A stretch of DNA of 62,957 bases, filler included, from Octopus bimaculoides (taxonomy: Eukaryota): NCBI RefSeq assembly GCF_001194135.2. It is 10 parts of 9 records of this genome, joined end to end, with 100 filler letters (N's around TTAATTAATTAA, not from the genome) between each part and the next. Parts side by side here need not be neighbours in the genome. Positions count along the whole stretch, not along the records: positions 2,747 to 32,289 come from NC_068982.1; 9 more parts are not named here. One strand, 5' to 3'. The notes under the pieces are model-generated. The model ran no database searches. It was given only the letters and a program-made list of their open reading frames with translations, and was not told where the DNA came from. Numbering within the stretch: position 1 is the stretch's first letter; each line of letters starts with the position of its first letter. The translations under genes and the position numbers were made by a program. Of the stretch, positions 13,912 through 26,382 are shown in pieces.

Positions 13912-13974
13912 CTGTCAACTTTCTGATTATCTTCTGCTCCCGGAAGGCGAGCCATTGTTTTCACAACTGTTCAG
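13912..13974 (-). other. Exon-like island (63 nt) containing an ATG (MARLPGAEDNQKVD)
   Basis: Strong acceptor ctttactttaccttttcAG, donor CAG|GTACTT, ACAATGG start context at 13955. Confidence 0.4.
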
Positions 13975-14308
13975 CTGAAAAGGTAAAGTAAAGTTGTTTT
14001 GTGTTTAGTTCGGTTTTCAGATAATAAAATCCTTGCTAACGAGTAATCCTTTATGTGGCCTCTAATCTTGCTAGAAATAGCTGCTGCCAATTGTCCCTCA
14101 AATAACAGTCTTAGTTTTTAAAAGGGAAACAAAAAACAAAACAAAACAAAACTAGTCTCTTCGTTATATTTCAGAAAAAAAGATCAAGACTCGTGGCTGC
14201 AATGACGCTTATCATAGGTCTCTAGTAGTGCCGATTTGGGGCTAAACATAAAGAACATGAGAACACACACATACACACACATACACGCACGCACACACAC
14301 ACACACAC

Positions 14309-14347
<39 letters not shown>

Positions 14348-14368
14348 CACACACAAACNNNNNNNNNN

Positions 14369-14400
<32 letters not shown>

Positions 14401-14414
14401 ACAAACACACACGT

Positions 14415-15211
14415 ACACACACATACACACAATCACAACTAGCTAAAACTTGAAAAACTGTCATGTAGACACTGTTAGACATAGCAGCCTTATGTCCTTA
14501 AGGTTGTTATTTGAGGGAGAATTGGCAGATGTTTGTAGCAAGTTGGTTAACTGTAACCCGAACTCCACACAAAACAATTATACTTCAGTATTTTCAGTTG
14601 AACAATTGAGAACGTAAGATAAAACAGCGAATCGCGTTTAGGAAGAAGAAAATGATAATAAAATGGAAGGATTCTAAAATAAGTAATGTGATCCTAGCTT
14701 CTCTATGCTTAAAACATGATGTGATAGTGTTGGATGAATGTTCTTCATTATTGGTTCGTGTCTACTGTAATAGAGATAAGTTGGGCACAGAAAAAGCAAC
14801 AGCGGCAACAACACAAACAAAAAAGGATGGTAACACCATAACTAAGAATCATAAAATGAGAGTTCTTCTCTTGATTAGGTCAGGGATTTCTGACAATTGT
14901 GCTCACAAAGAGAAGCTAGGACCATATTACTCATTTTATAATCCTTCCATTCTATTGTAATTTTCTTCTTCCTAAAGGCGATTCACTGTTTTATCTTACG
15001 TTCTCAATTGTTCAACTGAAAAAATGAAGTATAATCGTTTTGTGTGGCGTTCGGGTTACAGATAACCAACTTGCTACAAACAGCTACCAATTCTCCCTCA
15101 AATAACAACCTTAGGGACATATGGCTGTTATGTCTAACAGTGACTACATGATAGTTTTTCAAATTTTAGCTTGTGATTGTGTGTATGTGGCAATTTCTGA
15201 CAATTGTGCTC
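14415..15211. repeat. Inverted repeat pair of about 280 bp (14415-14706 vs 14905-15192); right arm flanked by an exact 19-bp direct repeat
   Basis: Arms are reverse complements by eye; ATTTCTGACAATTGTGCTC at 14886-14904 and 15193-15211. Confidence 0.85.
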
Positions 15212-15289
15212 TTTTTTCTTGGATTTATAAAAAAAAAAAATAACCCGAATACTTTATGATAAACCAGAAATAGCAACACATCATTATTA

Positions 15290-15500
15290 ACATATTACAT
15301 GGTGGTGTACTAGCATAATTGTTAGCACGCCGGAAAAATGCTTTGTGGCATTTCGTCCGTCTGTACGTTCTGAGTCCAAATCGTGTTGCGGTCACCTTAG
15401 CTGTTAATTGTTTCCGGCTCAGTTCGACACTGGGGTCGAAGTAATCGACTTACCCCTTCCATCCCTTGCTGCTGTTGTGCCCAAATTTGAAACCAATGAC
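15290..15500 (+). mobile_element. SINE family 2
   Basis: TGTTAGCACGCCGG...ACGTTCTGAGTCCAAAT...CACTGGGGTCGAAGTAATCGACTTA. Confidence 0.75.
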
Positions 15501-16338
15501 ATATCATTATCGTAAAGTGTTGAGCAACAATGCGGAATACTACTAAATCAACTTAGAGTGAGAAAGATTGTGGGGAGGATCAAACGACTTAGTCATTTTA
15601 ATCTGGCTGCTAACGAGGTATCTATAAATCCATTGGGCGTAAAACAATTTAAAAATTTAAACCAAAACAAATTCGTTATTCTACTCAGTGCAAAGGTATC
15701 TCATAGATTCTTATGTCCTCGCAATTTGCTCATGGTACCGAAAAATCTTTTACGTGTCTAGTGTAAAAAACGTAAATAAAAATGACTCGATGTTTTGTTC
15801 GTTGTTCTAGTTCTTCTGCTTTAGCGATTTGCCGCATTCAATAAATATATTGGTAACTAAAGATGAGCCATCGCTTAGAAAAACACAGTGGCCTCAGTAA
15901 GCACAATTATGGAGGCCTTGATAAATATATGGTGTCAGTAAACGTGTTCATAGGTATTGAAAATCGTTAGCTGAGATTGAGAAACATAGCTACAGCTACT
16001 GAGAAAAGCAGAAGAGAAATGAATACTCCGATAAATACAAGTTATTGCTACATATTATAACATCGCCTCGACGACACACATTATAAGAGGATACAGTTTA
16101 TTATACCCACCTAAATAGGACACCAAAAGTGACGACTTAGGATATCGGATAGAATGCCTTACACTATTTGTTCCAGCTCCCTGTGCTCTGAGTTCAAATC
16201 CTACTGAAGCGAACTATCATGCATCCGAGCTAGTTCGTTAAATAAGTGCCTCGCTGGTTATAGAATTACATTGCAGGCGTCGTGTGTGAACAGCGGTGAC
16301 GTCATTAATGTGATAAGGTTTATTCACTTTGAAGAGTA

Positions 16339-16511
16339 TGCGCAGGTGTGGCTGTGTGGTAAGTAGGTTGCTTACCAACCATATGGTTCCGGGTTCAGTC
16401 CCACTGCGTGTCACTTTGGGCAAGTGTCTTCTACTATAGCCTCGGGCCGACCAAAGCCTTGTGAATGGATTTGGTAGACGGAAACTGAAAGAAGCCCGTC
16501 GTATATATGTA

Positions 16512-16542
<31 letters not shown>

Positions 16543-16770
16543 GTATATATGTATATATATANNNNNNNNNNNNNNNNNNNNNNNNNNNNNNNNNNNNNNN
16601 NNNNNNNNNNNNNNNNNNNNNNNNNNNNNNNNNNNNNNNNNNNNNNNNNNNNNNNNNNNNNNNNNNNTATATATATGTATGTATATGTTTGTGTGTCTGT
16701 GTTTGTCCCACCAACATCGCTTGACAACCGATGCTGGTGTGTTTACGTCTCCGTAACTTAGCGGTTCGGC
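16339..16770 (+). mobile_element. tRNA-derived SINE family 1 (near full length, spans a gap)
   Basis: Head GCGCAGGTGTGGCTGTGTGGTAAG, B-box-like GGTTCAGTCCC, body nearly identical to 28970-29275. Confidence 0.9.
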
Positions 16771-17659
16771 ATATACGTCGTTGACTGGATGAAATTACCG
16801 AAATACAAGTTTAACACGAAATAACTTCTAAAATAGGAAATTTTGTCAAAAACTTTCAGAGTAAACCTTGATCTACGTGAGAAATTCTACCAGTATTCGA
16901 AGTTTCAAATTGTTTAGTTAAAAGAAAATTAATTAAAAAATCTGTGATTGAGATGGAATAGATCCGTGAACTAGAAAAACTAATTTCTTTGAGACTTGAA
17001 ACCTTCTCTTGTTCTCTTATTACGCACGGGTGACAGAAAGTACAAGCCGTCGTTAGATAAGTGCTTTCCATTGACTTATTCTTGTGTCAATTTGTTCATG
17101 CTGACCTGAAGTCTGGAAAGATGCATTCAACAACTTCTTAAGTAAATTGCGACCAGCATTCAATTGTTCTTTGTATGAATACGTTTGTATTGAACTTCCA
17201 TTTGTACGAATACGTTGGAATTGAACTTCCATTTGTGTGTGTACATTTTCACTGCGTTACAATAAATCTTTTGTTCAAGAGATTGTGAATTTTCTGTGTC
17301 TTCGTAGTTCTTCGTTACTAACGAATTAAGTATATAGCATATTTTAGGCGTCCTCCAAATGGACGCGCTAAAACATTCTTTGTTCTCTCTTTCATTCAAA
17401 ATCATCAATGTTGGGCTGTGAGAAGGTTTACTGAAGAATAGTCCCAGTATACCAACCCCCGCCAAAAAAGCCCCATAGTGTAAAGGCGGAGAAAGTTTTA
17501 ATGAGGAGTAAGCTACTTCTTCGAATAGAAGAAAACAAACAAACAAATGTGAAATGCTATCGGAACAGAACAAGAAAAGGAACGATATGTAATACATGTA
17601 GGAGGGATAAATCAACAACACTGAACAAGTATCTCCAGAAGGATGAATCGACAATCAGT

Positions 17660-18050
17660 TGTACTAATAAATGTACATAGAGCTATCAATAGACAACTGC
17701 TAATTCTTGTGGCAATTGAATTAATATAAGATGAGCTTCACAGTTGGATTTAAAACGATTTTCTGTTTCAGGTAACGGCACTCAACGAAGCGCGATAAAT
17801 CAGGTAAACATCGTCAATGACTGCTTAATACATCAGTGTTTCGAAATTATAAGTATGTTGTCAAGGCCAGGCAAGGGAGACAAAGTTAAAGCGGCAGGTG
17901 AAAATGCCTTGCGATAATTTAATAACAAGTGTTTACATTCAGAAATTGAATTACGGCTTGATTTACATCGCCTTCTATCCATTCGCCATTGATACAATAC
18001 ATATCAATCACACAATCGTTCAATCGAACTTACTCCCCCCCGCCACAACA
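17660..18050 (+). repeat. Copy A of an inverted duplication, with exon-like 17772-17803
   Basis: Aligns with the reverse complement of about 19910-20320, e.g. GATTTAAAACGATTTTCTGTTTCAGGTAAC identical. Confidence 0.85.
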
Positions 18051-18539
18051 CATATAAATAGACATAACTAAACATCGCAATTAATTTCATCGTCACTTCC
18101 TCCGTTCTACCAGTTTAGCGCATTTACATCATAGATGATGTGCAAAAACGCATATAAACATCGATTTTGCGGAATCGTTGGTTCCAGGACCTTTCCGGAG
18201 TACTGATCTTTTCGAAGTGGATGGTCATAGTGGTTAGTACACTCTAAATTAAACAGATATTAAAATTAGTTTAATAATTAAATGAACTACAGGTGCCTTT
18301 ACATTATCATAAATGATACAAGTTTATTTACAAGCTACTGTGCATCCGTAAGTTAATCTGGCGGTCGTGGATATTTGTAAATTAGTGCGGATTATAGAAA
18401 CCGGATGATCAGTGTCGAGAAAGTGGGTGTAGTACCTGTATTATTAAAATTACAAAGTTAACACATACTCATCAGAAAATTATCTAATTGGGAAATTCTA
18501 ACAGAAGCCCGTTTCTATGGACGCCTTTCAACGATAATT

Positions 18540-18622
18540 ACTCTCTTTTACTTTTTTACTTGTTTCAGTCATTTGACTGTTGCCATGCTGGAGTACCGCC
18601 TTTTAGTCGAGCAAATCGACCC
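18540..18622 (-). mobile_element. SINE family 1, 3' end
   Basis: Reverse complement of GGGTCGATTTGCTCGACTAAAAGGCGGTACTCCAGCATGG. Confidence 0.85.
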
Positions 18623-19489
18623 NNNNNNNNNNNNNNNNNNNNNNNNNNNNNNNNNNNNNNNNNNNNNNNNNNNNNNNNNNNNNNNNNNNNNNNNNNNNNN
18701 NNNNNNNNNNNNNNNNNNNNNNNNNNNNNNNNNNNNNNNNNNNNNNNNNNNNNNNNNNNNNNNNNNNNNNNNNNNNNNNNNNNNNNNNNNNNNNNNNNNN
18801 NNNNNNNNNNNNNNNNNNNNNNNNNNNNNNNNNNNNNNNNNNNNNNNNNNNNNNNNNNNNNNNNNNNNNNNNNNNNNNNNNNNNNNNNNNNNNNNNNNNN
18901 NNNNNNNNNNNNNNNNNNNNNNNNNNNNNNNNNNNNNNNNNNNNNNNNNNNNNNNNNNNNNNNNNNNNNNNNNNNNNNNNNNNNNNNNNNNNNNNNNNNN
19001 NNNNNNNNNNNNNNNNNNNNNNNNNNNNNNNNNNNNNNNNNNNNNNNNNNNNNNNNNNNNNNNNNNNNNNNNNNNNNNNNNNNNNNNNNNNNNNNNNNNN
19101 NNNNNNNNNNNNNNNNNNNNNNNNNNNNNNNNNNNNNNNNNNNNNNNNNNNNNNNNNNNNNNNNNNNNNNNNNNNNNNNNNNNNNNNNNNNNNNNNNNNN
19201 NNNNNNNNNNNNNNNNNNNNNNNNNNNNNNNNNNNNNNNNNNNNNNNNNNNNNNNNNNNNNNNNNNNNNNNNNNNNNNNNNNNNNNNNNNNNNNNNNNNN
19301 NNNNNNNNNNNNNATATGATATACAATATACAATATAAAATAAAATAAAATAAAAATGGATGGCACCATGAAAGAAAGTATTGAATGTAGATGAAATATT
19401 GAGTGTTCAATATAAAGGATCAAATATATAAATATATTTTATTTTATTTTATATTGTATATTGTATATCATATTATATATTGTATATTC

Positions 19490-19655
19490 CATATTCTATA
19501 CCCCGACGGGCTTCTTTCAGTTTCCGTCCACCAAATCCACTCACAAGGCTTTGGTCAGACCGAGGCTATAGTAGAAAACACTTGCCTAAAGTGCCACGTA
19601 GTGGGACTGAACCCGGAACCATGTGGTTGGCAGCAAGCTACTTACCACACAGATC
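19490..19655 (-). mobile_element. SINE family 1, 5' half
   Basis: Reverse complement of the head and body at 16339-16500. Confidence 0.9.
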
Positions 19656-19909
19656 ATCCACGGACAATGGACGCTAAAGTAAAATCAAGTTTATTTTGAT
19701 CTCAAAGAGATAAGTTATAGTTAAAGTTTAAATTTAACCTGTTACAAATTTCACCATGAGGTGGAGGAAAAGAAGAAAAAGAAGGGGTAATACTATAACT
19801 GACGATGATCCTTTTGGTGTCTGTTGTAGGTGGTGAGCGCAGTAAGGGTATTACTACAAAACATGTTCACTGTCAGTTTGCTGTGCAATGATTTCTTACA
19901 TAGGCAGAT

Positions 19910-20320
19910 CAACGCACATTTGTGGCGGTGAGTGTAATTCAACGAATCAACAACACTGTACTACAGATGTTATTTAGTTACATTGTCATAATATAATTCA
20001 ATTTCAGAATATAAAATGAGGTAACTCAATACTCGTACTCCACGGCGTTTTCACCCGATTCTTTACTTTTCTATCTCTTTCTCGAACTTGACAGCAAAGC
20101 AATAACTGTGACGCACCGAAATATATACTATAAAGCAATTACTCTATAGATCCTTACCTGATTTACCGCTCTGTCGAGGGCTAATCATAAAGTGAGTGCT
20201 GTTACCTGAAACAGAAAATCGTTTTAAATCAACCTGTGAAGTGGATCTTATATCATTAATCTAATTGCCACAGGAATTGGCAGTCGTGTATTGAGAACAC
20301 CATGCACATTTATCGATACG
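19910..20320 (-). repeat. Copy B of the inverted duplication, with 48-nt exon-like 20205-20158
   Basis: Acceptor ttttctgtttcAG, donor CAG|GTAAGG; homologous to 17660-18050. Confidence 0.85.
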
Positions 20321-20943
20321 TCATTTATCTAATTGTGAGCTAAGCTCTTAAATATAATGAAATTATTCACGGTAGGTTATTTTATTTCTTTACCTTTCAC
20401 ATGGATATTGCCTTTTGCATTTAGTCTGGCGTAGCAAATTGTCAAGTGTGCAGCTGGCGCGAAAATTCTATTGAAGAAATTTGCTGAAGGGACTCAGGTT
20501 TTCATAGAAGAGAGTGTATGTTTGCAATCAATGAAGAACTATTAGATAATTACTTACAAACACGCTTTCAGTGTAGTAATACATAAACGGTATTTTCATC
20601 TTATACGGCTGAATTATAATTTGCCCTGGCTAGAGATTAGAGTGCATATATGTAATGACATATGAATACATGATTTGAACTATAGTTGCAAGATATTAGC
20701 ACACACACACACACACGAGTTGGGGGTGTCTGTGTGTGACACACACACATACATTTACTGCAAATCATTTCTCTGTACTATTTAGAGAAGATACTATTCT
20801 ATTGAATGAAACAAGCAGCAATTCTTGTACTAATGCTTAACTGCTGGCTACACAAGGGAAACAATACGATTGCACTGCAAAACTGTTTTAACAAACCTGT
20901 ATTTGTGAGTGAAATTGGTGGATTGAAACCGTGCAGAAGACCG

Positions 20944-20990
<47 letters not shown>

Positions 20991-21958
20991 CGTGCGCGTA
21001 TGTGTGTGTATGTGTGCGTGTGTGTGTATATATGCATATATATATATTTATATATATATATGTATTGATGTGTGTACGTGTACGTATGCATATACATACA
21101 TATATACACACATGTGTGTATATATAGTTATGTGTTCATGTGTATGTATATATGTATGTATGTGTGTGCATGTATATCTGTATGTATACATGTATGTATG
21201 TATGTATGAGTATGTATATATGTGTGTGTGTGTATATATGTGTGTGTATGTATATATGTATGTGTGTGTATGTTTATATGTATGTGCGTATATATGTATA
21301 TACATACATATATGTATGTATATAAGTTTTGTGCATTTTTCTGCAGCTGTTCTTACGTTGGCTCTTGTTATAAAATAGTATCTTGAATTATGTCCCGTAA
21401 GCTAGTAAAGAAGCGAACACCGAATATACTACGAANNNNNNNNNNAAACAAAAAAAAATAATAATAATAATCTCGGTATGATTAAATAAAATGTTTGAAG
21501 GCTGTGTTCCTGTTTGACTGCAGACTAACGATTGAAAAAAAAATGAAGAGGAAAGGGCATGCTACGCATGATTAAACAACAGTTAAATAGTTGAGACCAT
21601 TGAATGTTAGGAAAAGAAAAACGATAAAGTAAAATAAAGATGTATGTAATGAGAGAAAAATTACCTTTTCCTAGTTTTGCCTACTACGTCAGACAACTCT
21701 TAACACGTTTCAGCTTTATTCGTCATACTTAGCTGATGCTAACTCCACGAAGCGTTTACAAAGAAATCGTTGTGAACATATGCAGAAAAGTATATTTCTT
21801 GGTGTTGAGAAAGACCAGTGTTAAATAATTAAAGAATACTTCGGTTCCAGTCAGCTGTTAAATGTATAAAAGCGTAAATGTATGTAGTTTGTCCGTCGAT
21901 GCGACGAAGACCATCTAGTCATCCTGGGGTGGGGGTGGTCTTTTTTGTGTGTTCGCAG

Positions 21959-22149
21959 ATGGCTAGTGAGGGCAATCTGCGCCCGAAAGAGTCTTTGACA
22001 GTGTGGACAGGGAATGGTAGCACGTGCTAAGGTGCCAACTCATGCGAGACCAATAGGATCGCTGCTGCAGAAGACCGCAGACAAAAGCGTAAATATTTAG
22101 TGTTTGGAATGGTAGAGGAAAATCGTAATCGAGGAGGTTGAACAACATT
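21959..22149 (+). other. Exon-like island, non-coding or decayed
   Basis: Acceptor ttttttgtgtgttcgcAG, donor ATT|GTGAGT; stops in all three frames. Confidence 0.3.
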
Positions 22150-23269
22150 GTGAGTCCTACTATTAATTAATAGATAAGATAATATTTATATGAGTAGAAA
22201 GTGATAAACACTACGTTGATGTAGCAAGTTATGATGTATATAGAAATTACTTCTGGACTAAAGTATACATTTATAAACATTATTCTTCATAGACATATTC
22301 TTCTGAGGCAAAAATGATGTAACCGACAAGTCGAATACATCTGTAAATCATAATAGCACGATGACTGCGACGGTACGTGATCAATTTTAACATCTACCTT
22401 TACTCGATTTTGGTTATTAAAATTGTGAAAAACGAAATGTCCTCTACATGCTGAAGCGCATAGTTGATATGGGAACCTTTCTTTCAATGCTTTCTGAACT
22501 GAGCTATTACGACGATCTTTGAATAGTCACATAGCTTTAGAAGTTTTTTAACTCTGAATAAAATAATATTTTTGCGAAAGCATACATACCAAAGGAAATG
22601 CGTTAAATTATGGATAGAAAAACAGTTCTAAAATGAAAAGAAATTCAAAATATAATAGGTTTTTGCTTTCTTTAAATAATTTTGAACCATCTTTGTACAT
22701 TTTTGAAATGTCTAAAATCTATATATTTCCATAGATAATAGAAAAGACGCATTTCAGCTATAGCAAACTTCTTAGCATTAAGCGTTGCAAGGTGAGATAA
22801 ACACACCTTGCAATTTAGTTGTCATTCAGTATGCTGAAAATAGCGACAAAGACGTTTACAAATTCCCTTAAATAGAGACTGTATTGAATTATATAGATCG
22901 TGGCATGCAAACAATAGGTTTGTCACGACTTGCACGACTTTGATGATAATTTTACGTTTGCGACTGATTTAGGATTACATGGTAGCTTCAAAGTTTATTT
23001 CAAGCCACAGGCGGAAGGACTCCTAGTGAGCACATAATCTTCTAGATATAGCTGTAAAATTGTCTTCTGCTGTCTTAAGTTAGGAAACACTAAATGGGAA
23101 AATGTGATCCCTTATGAACAAGCAAATGTAGTTATTTTGGTTCAATTTTTCTTGAGTTCGGTTAGATGAACAAAAGCGCTAATAAAGAATTATCCAAAAT
23201 TCTGACTGCCTACTTTTTCTTAATACATTGAATTTGTACACCACTTCAAATACTCTCTTTATATATATA

Positions 23270-23725
23270 TAGTAAAGTTTATATGCCAGCAGAATGTGGC
23301 AGTCCTATAAAGGACGATTTTACTGTTGATTTAGATTCAGGAAGACATCTTTTCCAGCTGGCTATCGACACAGCTTGTGCCCGAATAACATTTGCAAGGG
23401 AGTTCATCGCTCCCATCTCTAGCCTTACGTGATACTCACAGACCTAGTTTTCTGCGCAGTTGCCCATCCTCAGTGTGAGACAACCACAAGCTAATGACGA
23501 AAGCTCTCTCCACTCGCAAATACTATATATTCTTTAAGAGACACACAGTCACTTATCTCGTACAGAGAAAAACAATTTGTTCTAAATCTTTGAGAGAAAG
23601 ATATGCAGTAACAGTACTGAATAGGAAAGTTTATATGCCATATAAACTTTACTGTTCGGTACTATAACTGTATATCGCTCACTCAGACATTAAAAACAAG
23701 CTGTTTGTCTGTCTCTCTGTAACAT
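23270..23725 (-). mobile_element. PLE-type terminal repeat with HHR and fold-back junction, abutting (TA)n
   Basis: HHR at 23435-23479; terminus AGTAAAGTTTATATG (23271) recurs inverted at 23639-23653. Confidence 0.6.
23435..23479 (-). ncRNA. Type I hammerhead ribozyme motif (two substitutions)
   Basis: CTCACA-CTGAGGA-TGGGC AACT GCGCA-GAAA-ACTAG-GTC-TGTGAG: 6-bp stem I, intact core, GUC triplet. Confidence 0.8.
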
Positions 23726-26231
23726 TTCTCCGTTATTTTTCTGTCCTTATTTTCGTATACATTCGCTGCTTTCTTCCAAGGAATCTAATGCTCTTAGCCT
23801 GGGTTTTCCTTGGGGCTGGCTAGACTGGAGCAATCTCGAGTATAACCAGCCGAAATTGCAATGATAATTTGGAACTCGACTGAGAAAAGAAAACTCCGAA
23901 TGACCCGTCCTTGTTTTCTTTGTATCGTCTGTCTGGATGTTTTGTTGTCCCTTTTTTGGATCACCTGTCTGAATATTTTGCGTTTTTGTCCCAGCTGGTT
24001 CCGGCTGACAGTATCCGGTATGGGCCCCTATCCAGAGTTACGGAGAGGAGACAAGCTTCAAAGAAATGCGGAGTGGAGTCCCGTAGGCAGTTTAATGTTC
24101 AACTCGACACTCTTCCGGCAGCTCCTGCAACCAATGTGGTGCCAAACGTAATGCTCTGCACTCCTGTGGACTACGTCAGCAAGATCGAGAGAGGAATCCT
24201 GAAAATTGGGCTATCTAGGATTTTTTTACATCTCACCCAGGCCTGCACAAAACTGGAGAGCACATGAAATGTAAAAACTAGACTGGATTAGTTTATGCGC
24301 AACTCCTTTGTCACCCGAGACAAAAGGATGCCAAAAACAACAACAAAAACATATGTGTATATATATATATATATATTTATAAAGATAGAATGGGCTGTAA
24401 TCGTGGCGCCGAATACTAGCAATCATTCAAAGAGCGTACGTTGTGTGTGGTGAGCGTGTATACAATATGAAGTAGTAGAGTTGTAAGTTGGCATATTTAC
24501 TTGTAAGTTTACAAAGGGGCAGTAGGAAGGGAAGGGCAGGTGAAATAAGGGGAAAAGACATTTTAAATGGTAAGGAAAAATACAGAGAAGTGAATGATAA
24601 TAAGGAATTAAAGGGAAGAATAAGAGAAAGAAAATTATAGATTTTAAGGAAAGAAAGACAGAAGTATGTAAACGAAAAAAAAAGGAATTAAAAGGAATAT
24701 ATATTGTTGGTTTAAAATATAGTGGTAGTGAGAGTAAATAATAGGGAAAATTTATGAAGGTTAGGGGAAAAAGGCAGGGTAGGGTTGTTGTTATTTGTAT
24801 TTAGAGAATAGATTTAGTTATCGATGTTTGCAGGTAAAAATTATACTGCTGCATTCATTAAGACAATCTGTGGATTGCAAAATAGCTAAGACCTTGGCTA
24901 TGCAGAGATCACCCTTGTTATTATAGCTTCTGTATGCTTTGGCGTAGGTGACTATGGGACACTTAAGAGTGTAAGGAGTTGAATCAATCTTTAGTTTATT
25001 GATAAACTGAGATAACTATGTATTGTCGGATTTTGTTTGGGACTTGAAATTAATCTTAGCGCCTGGAATAATAACGAACATAGCACCGGTTCCTCACTAA
25101 ATAACATTCCCCTCACAAGTTCATGCGGAACACAATTCTGCAGACACGAGCACGCTTGAGGTAATTGCTAAGTAGAACAAGCCTGACACATTACGACAAG
25201 GCTGTGGGTTTCAATTGTATAGGTTTCTATTCAATTTCACTCTACCCAAATTAGCTTATAAGATTTGGTCCTACTCAAGACTACAATGAAAACATTTATC
25301 CGAAATTCCACAATGTGAATCACACTTGGGATCTTCATGCGTTTGAAGTGAACTTTTTAACTATTCAGTTATAGACATGTGTTTATGTATTCTTATATGC
25401 ATGCACGTATATATGTACTTATATATGTACGTGTAGGCACGCGCATGTGTATCTTTCACCGATTTATATAGGCGAAGAAATACACATCGTTGAGGTAACA
25501 GAAAAAAGTGATTCATGATTTAAGACCCTTGGGGTATTTGTTCTGCATCAGCTAACATATATTATTTTGTCACTTTCGCGAAAATGCACTAAGCCTTCGG
25601 TTGCCTCTTGTGCAAATTGTAACGGTCAATCAATTAGATACACAAATACATAAACAAACGTTGAATTAACATTCACAACTTATCGACTTTGAAAGCAAAT
25701 ACTTTTTACTGGGAAAAATTTGAGAACGTATTGATCTAAAAGACTCTTATTATTAACATCTCTTTAATTTCAAGTCTAACAAATTTCTCTTCAGAAGTAG
25801 AACTTGTAATGTGATACAAATACAGAATCTGTTTCTCATACCATTCGATTCCAGCTGGAATTTGTATTTAAAAGCCGATATGAAAAGATAATAGTGTGTA
25901 ATAGTACTTCAGATAAAGTCGTTTAAATAAAACACAGCGTTTGATATTTTACAGCGTTCAGTTTTTCTCTTTAAGTTTGAATTTAAAGTAAAACAAAATA
26001 TATTTTGAATTAAATTTATATTAAAAAGCAAATCCCGTGAATTTTATTGCCAATGTTTCTGTGAAATTCTTGTTATTCACAATTTCTTATTTCCTAACAC
26101 CAAGAATTTCATGATGGTTCTCGTAAAGATTTTTAAAAACCGATTCTGTAGCAGGAGCAGTAGAGTGAGTCGTTTACACAAACAGCATGGGAGCATGAAT
26201 GGCTGTATGATAAGGAATTTGTGATGCATAC

Positions 26232-26382
26232 CTGCAGTTCCGGATTTGACACGGCAAGCACGTGCCTTATTTAAATCGTTGCGGTGACTTGCACAGTTTC
26301 TCATCAAACGTCTTTCGTCTAGTATTGTGGAGCGTGACCCTGAGATAATCTCATCTTTTCTGCCCATTTCTGACTGGTGCAT
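26232..26382 (-). other. Exon-like island (151 nt), open in one frame (MHQSEMGRK...VKSGTA)
   Basis: Acceptor ctgctttcctttcAG, donor CAG|GTATGC. Confidence 0.4.

Noticed and set aside
17160-17654. 164-aa ORF with a hydrophobic stretch
   Set aside because: No recognisable motif or good splice sites; the end runs through a 31-bp tandem duplication (17170-17235)
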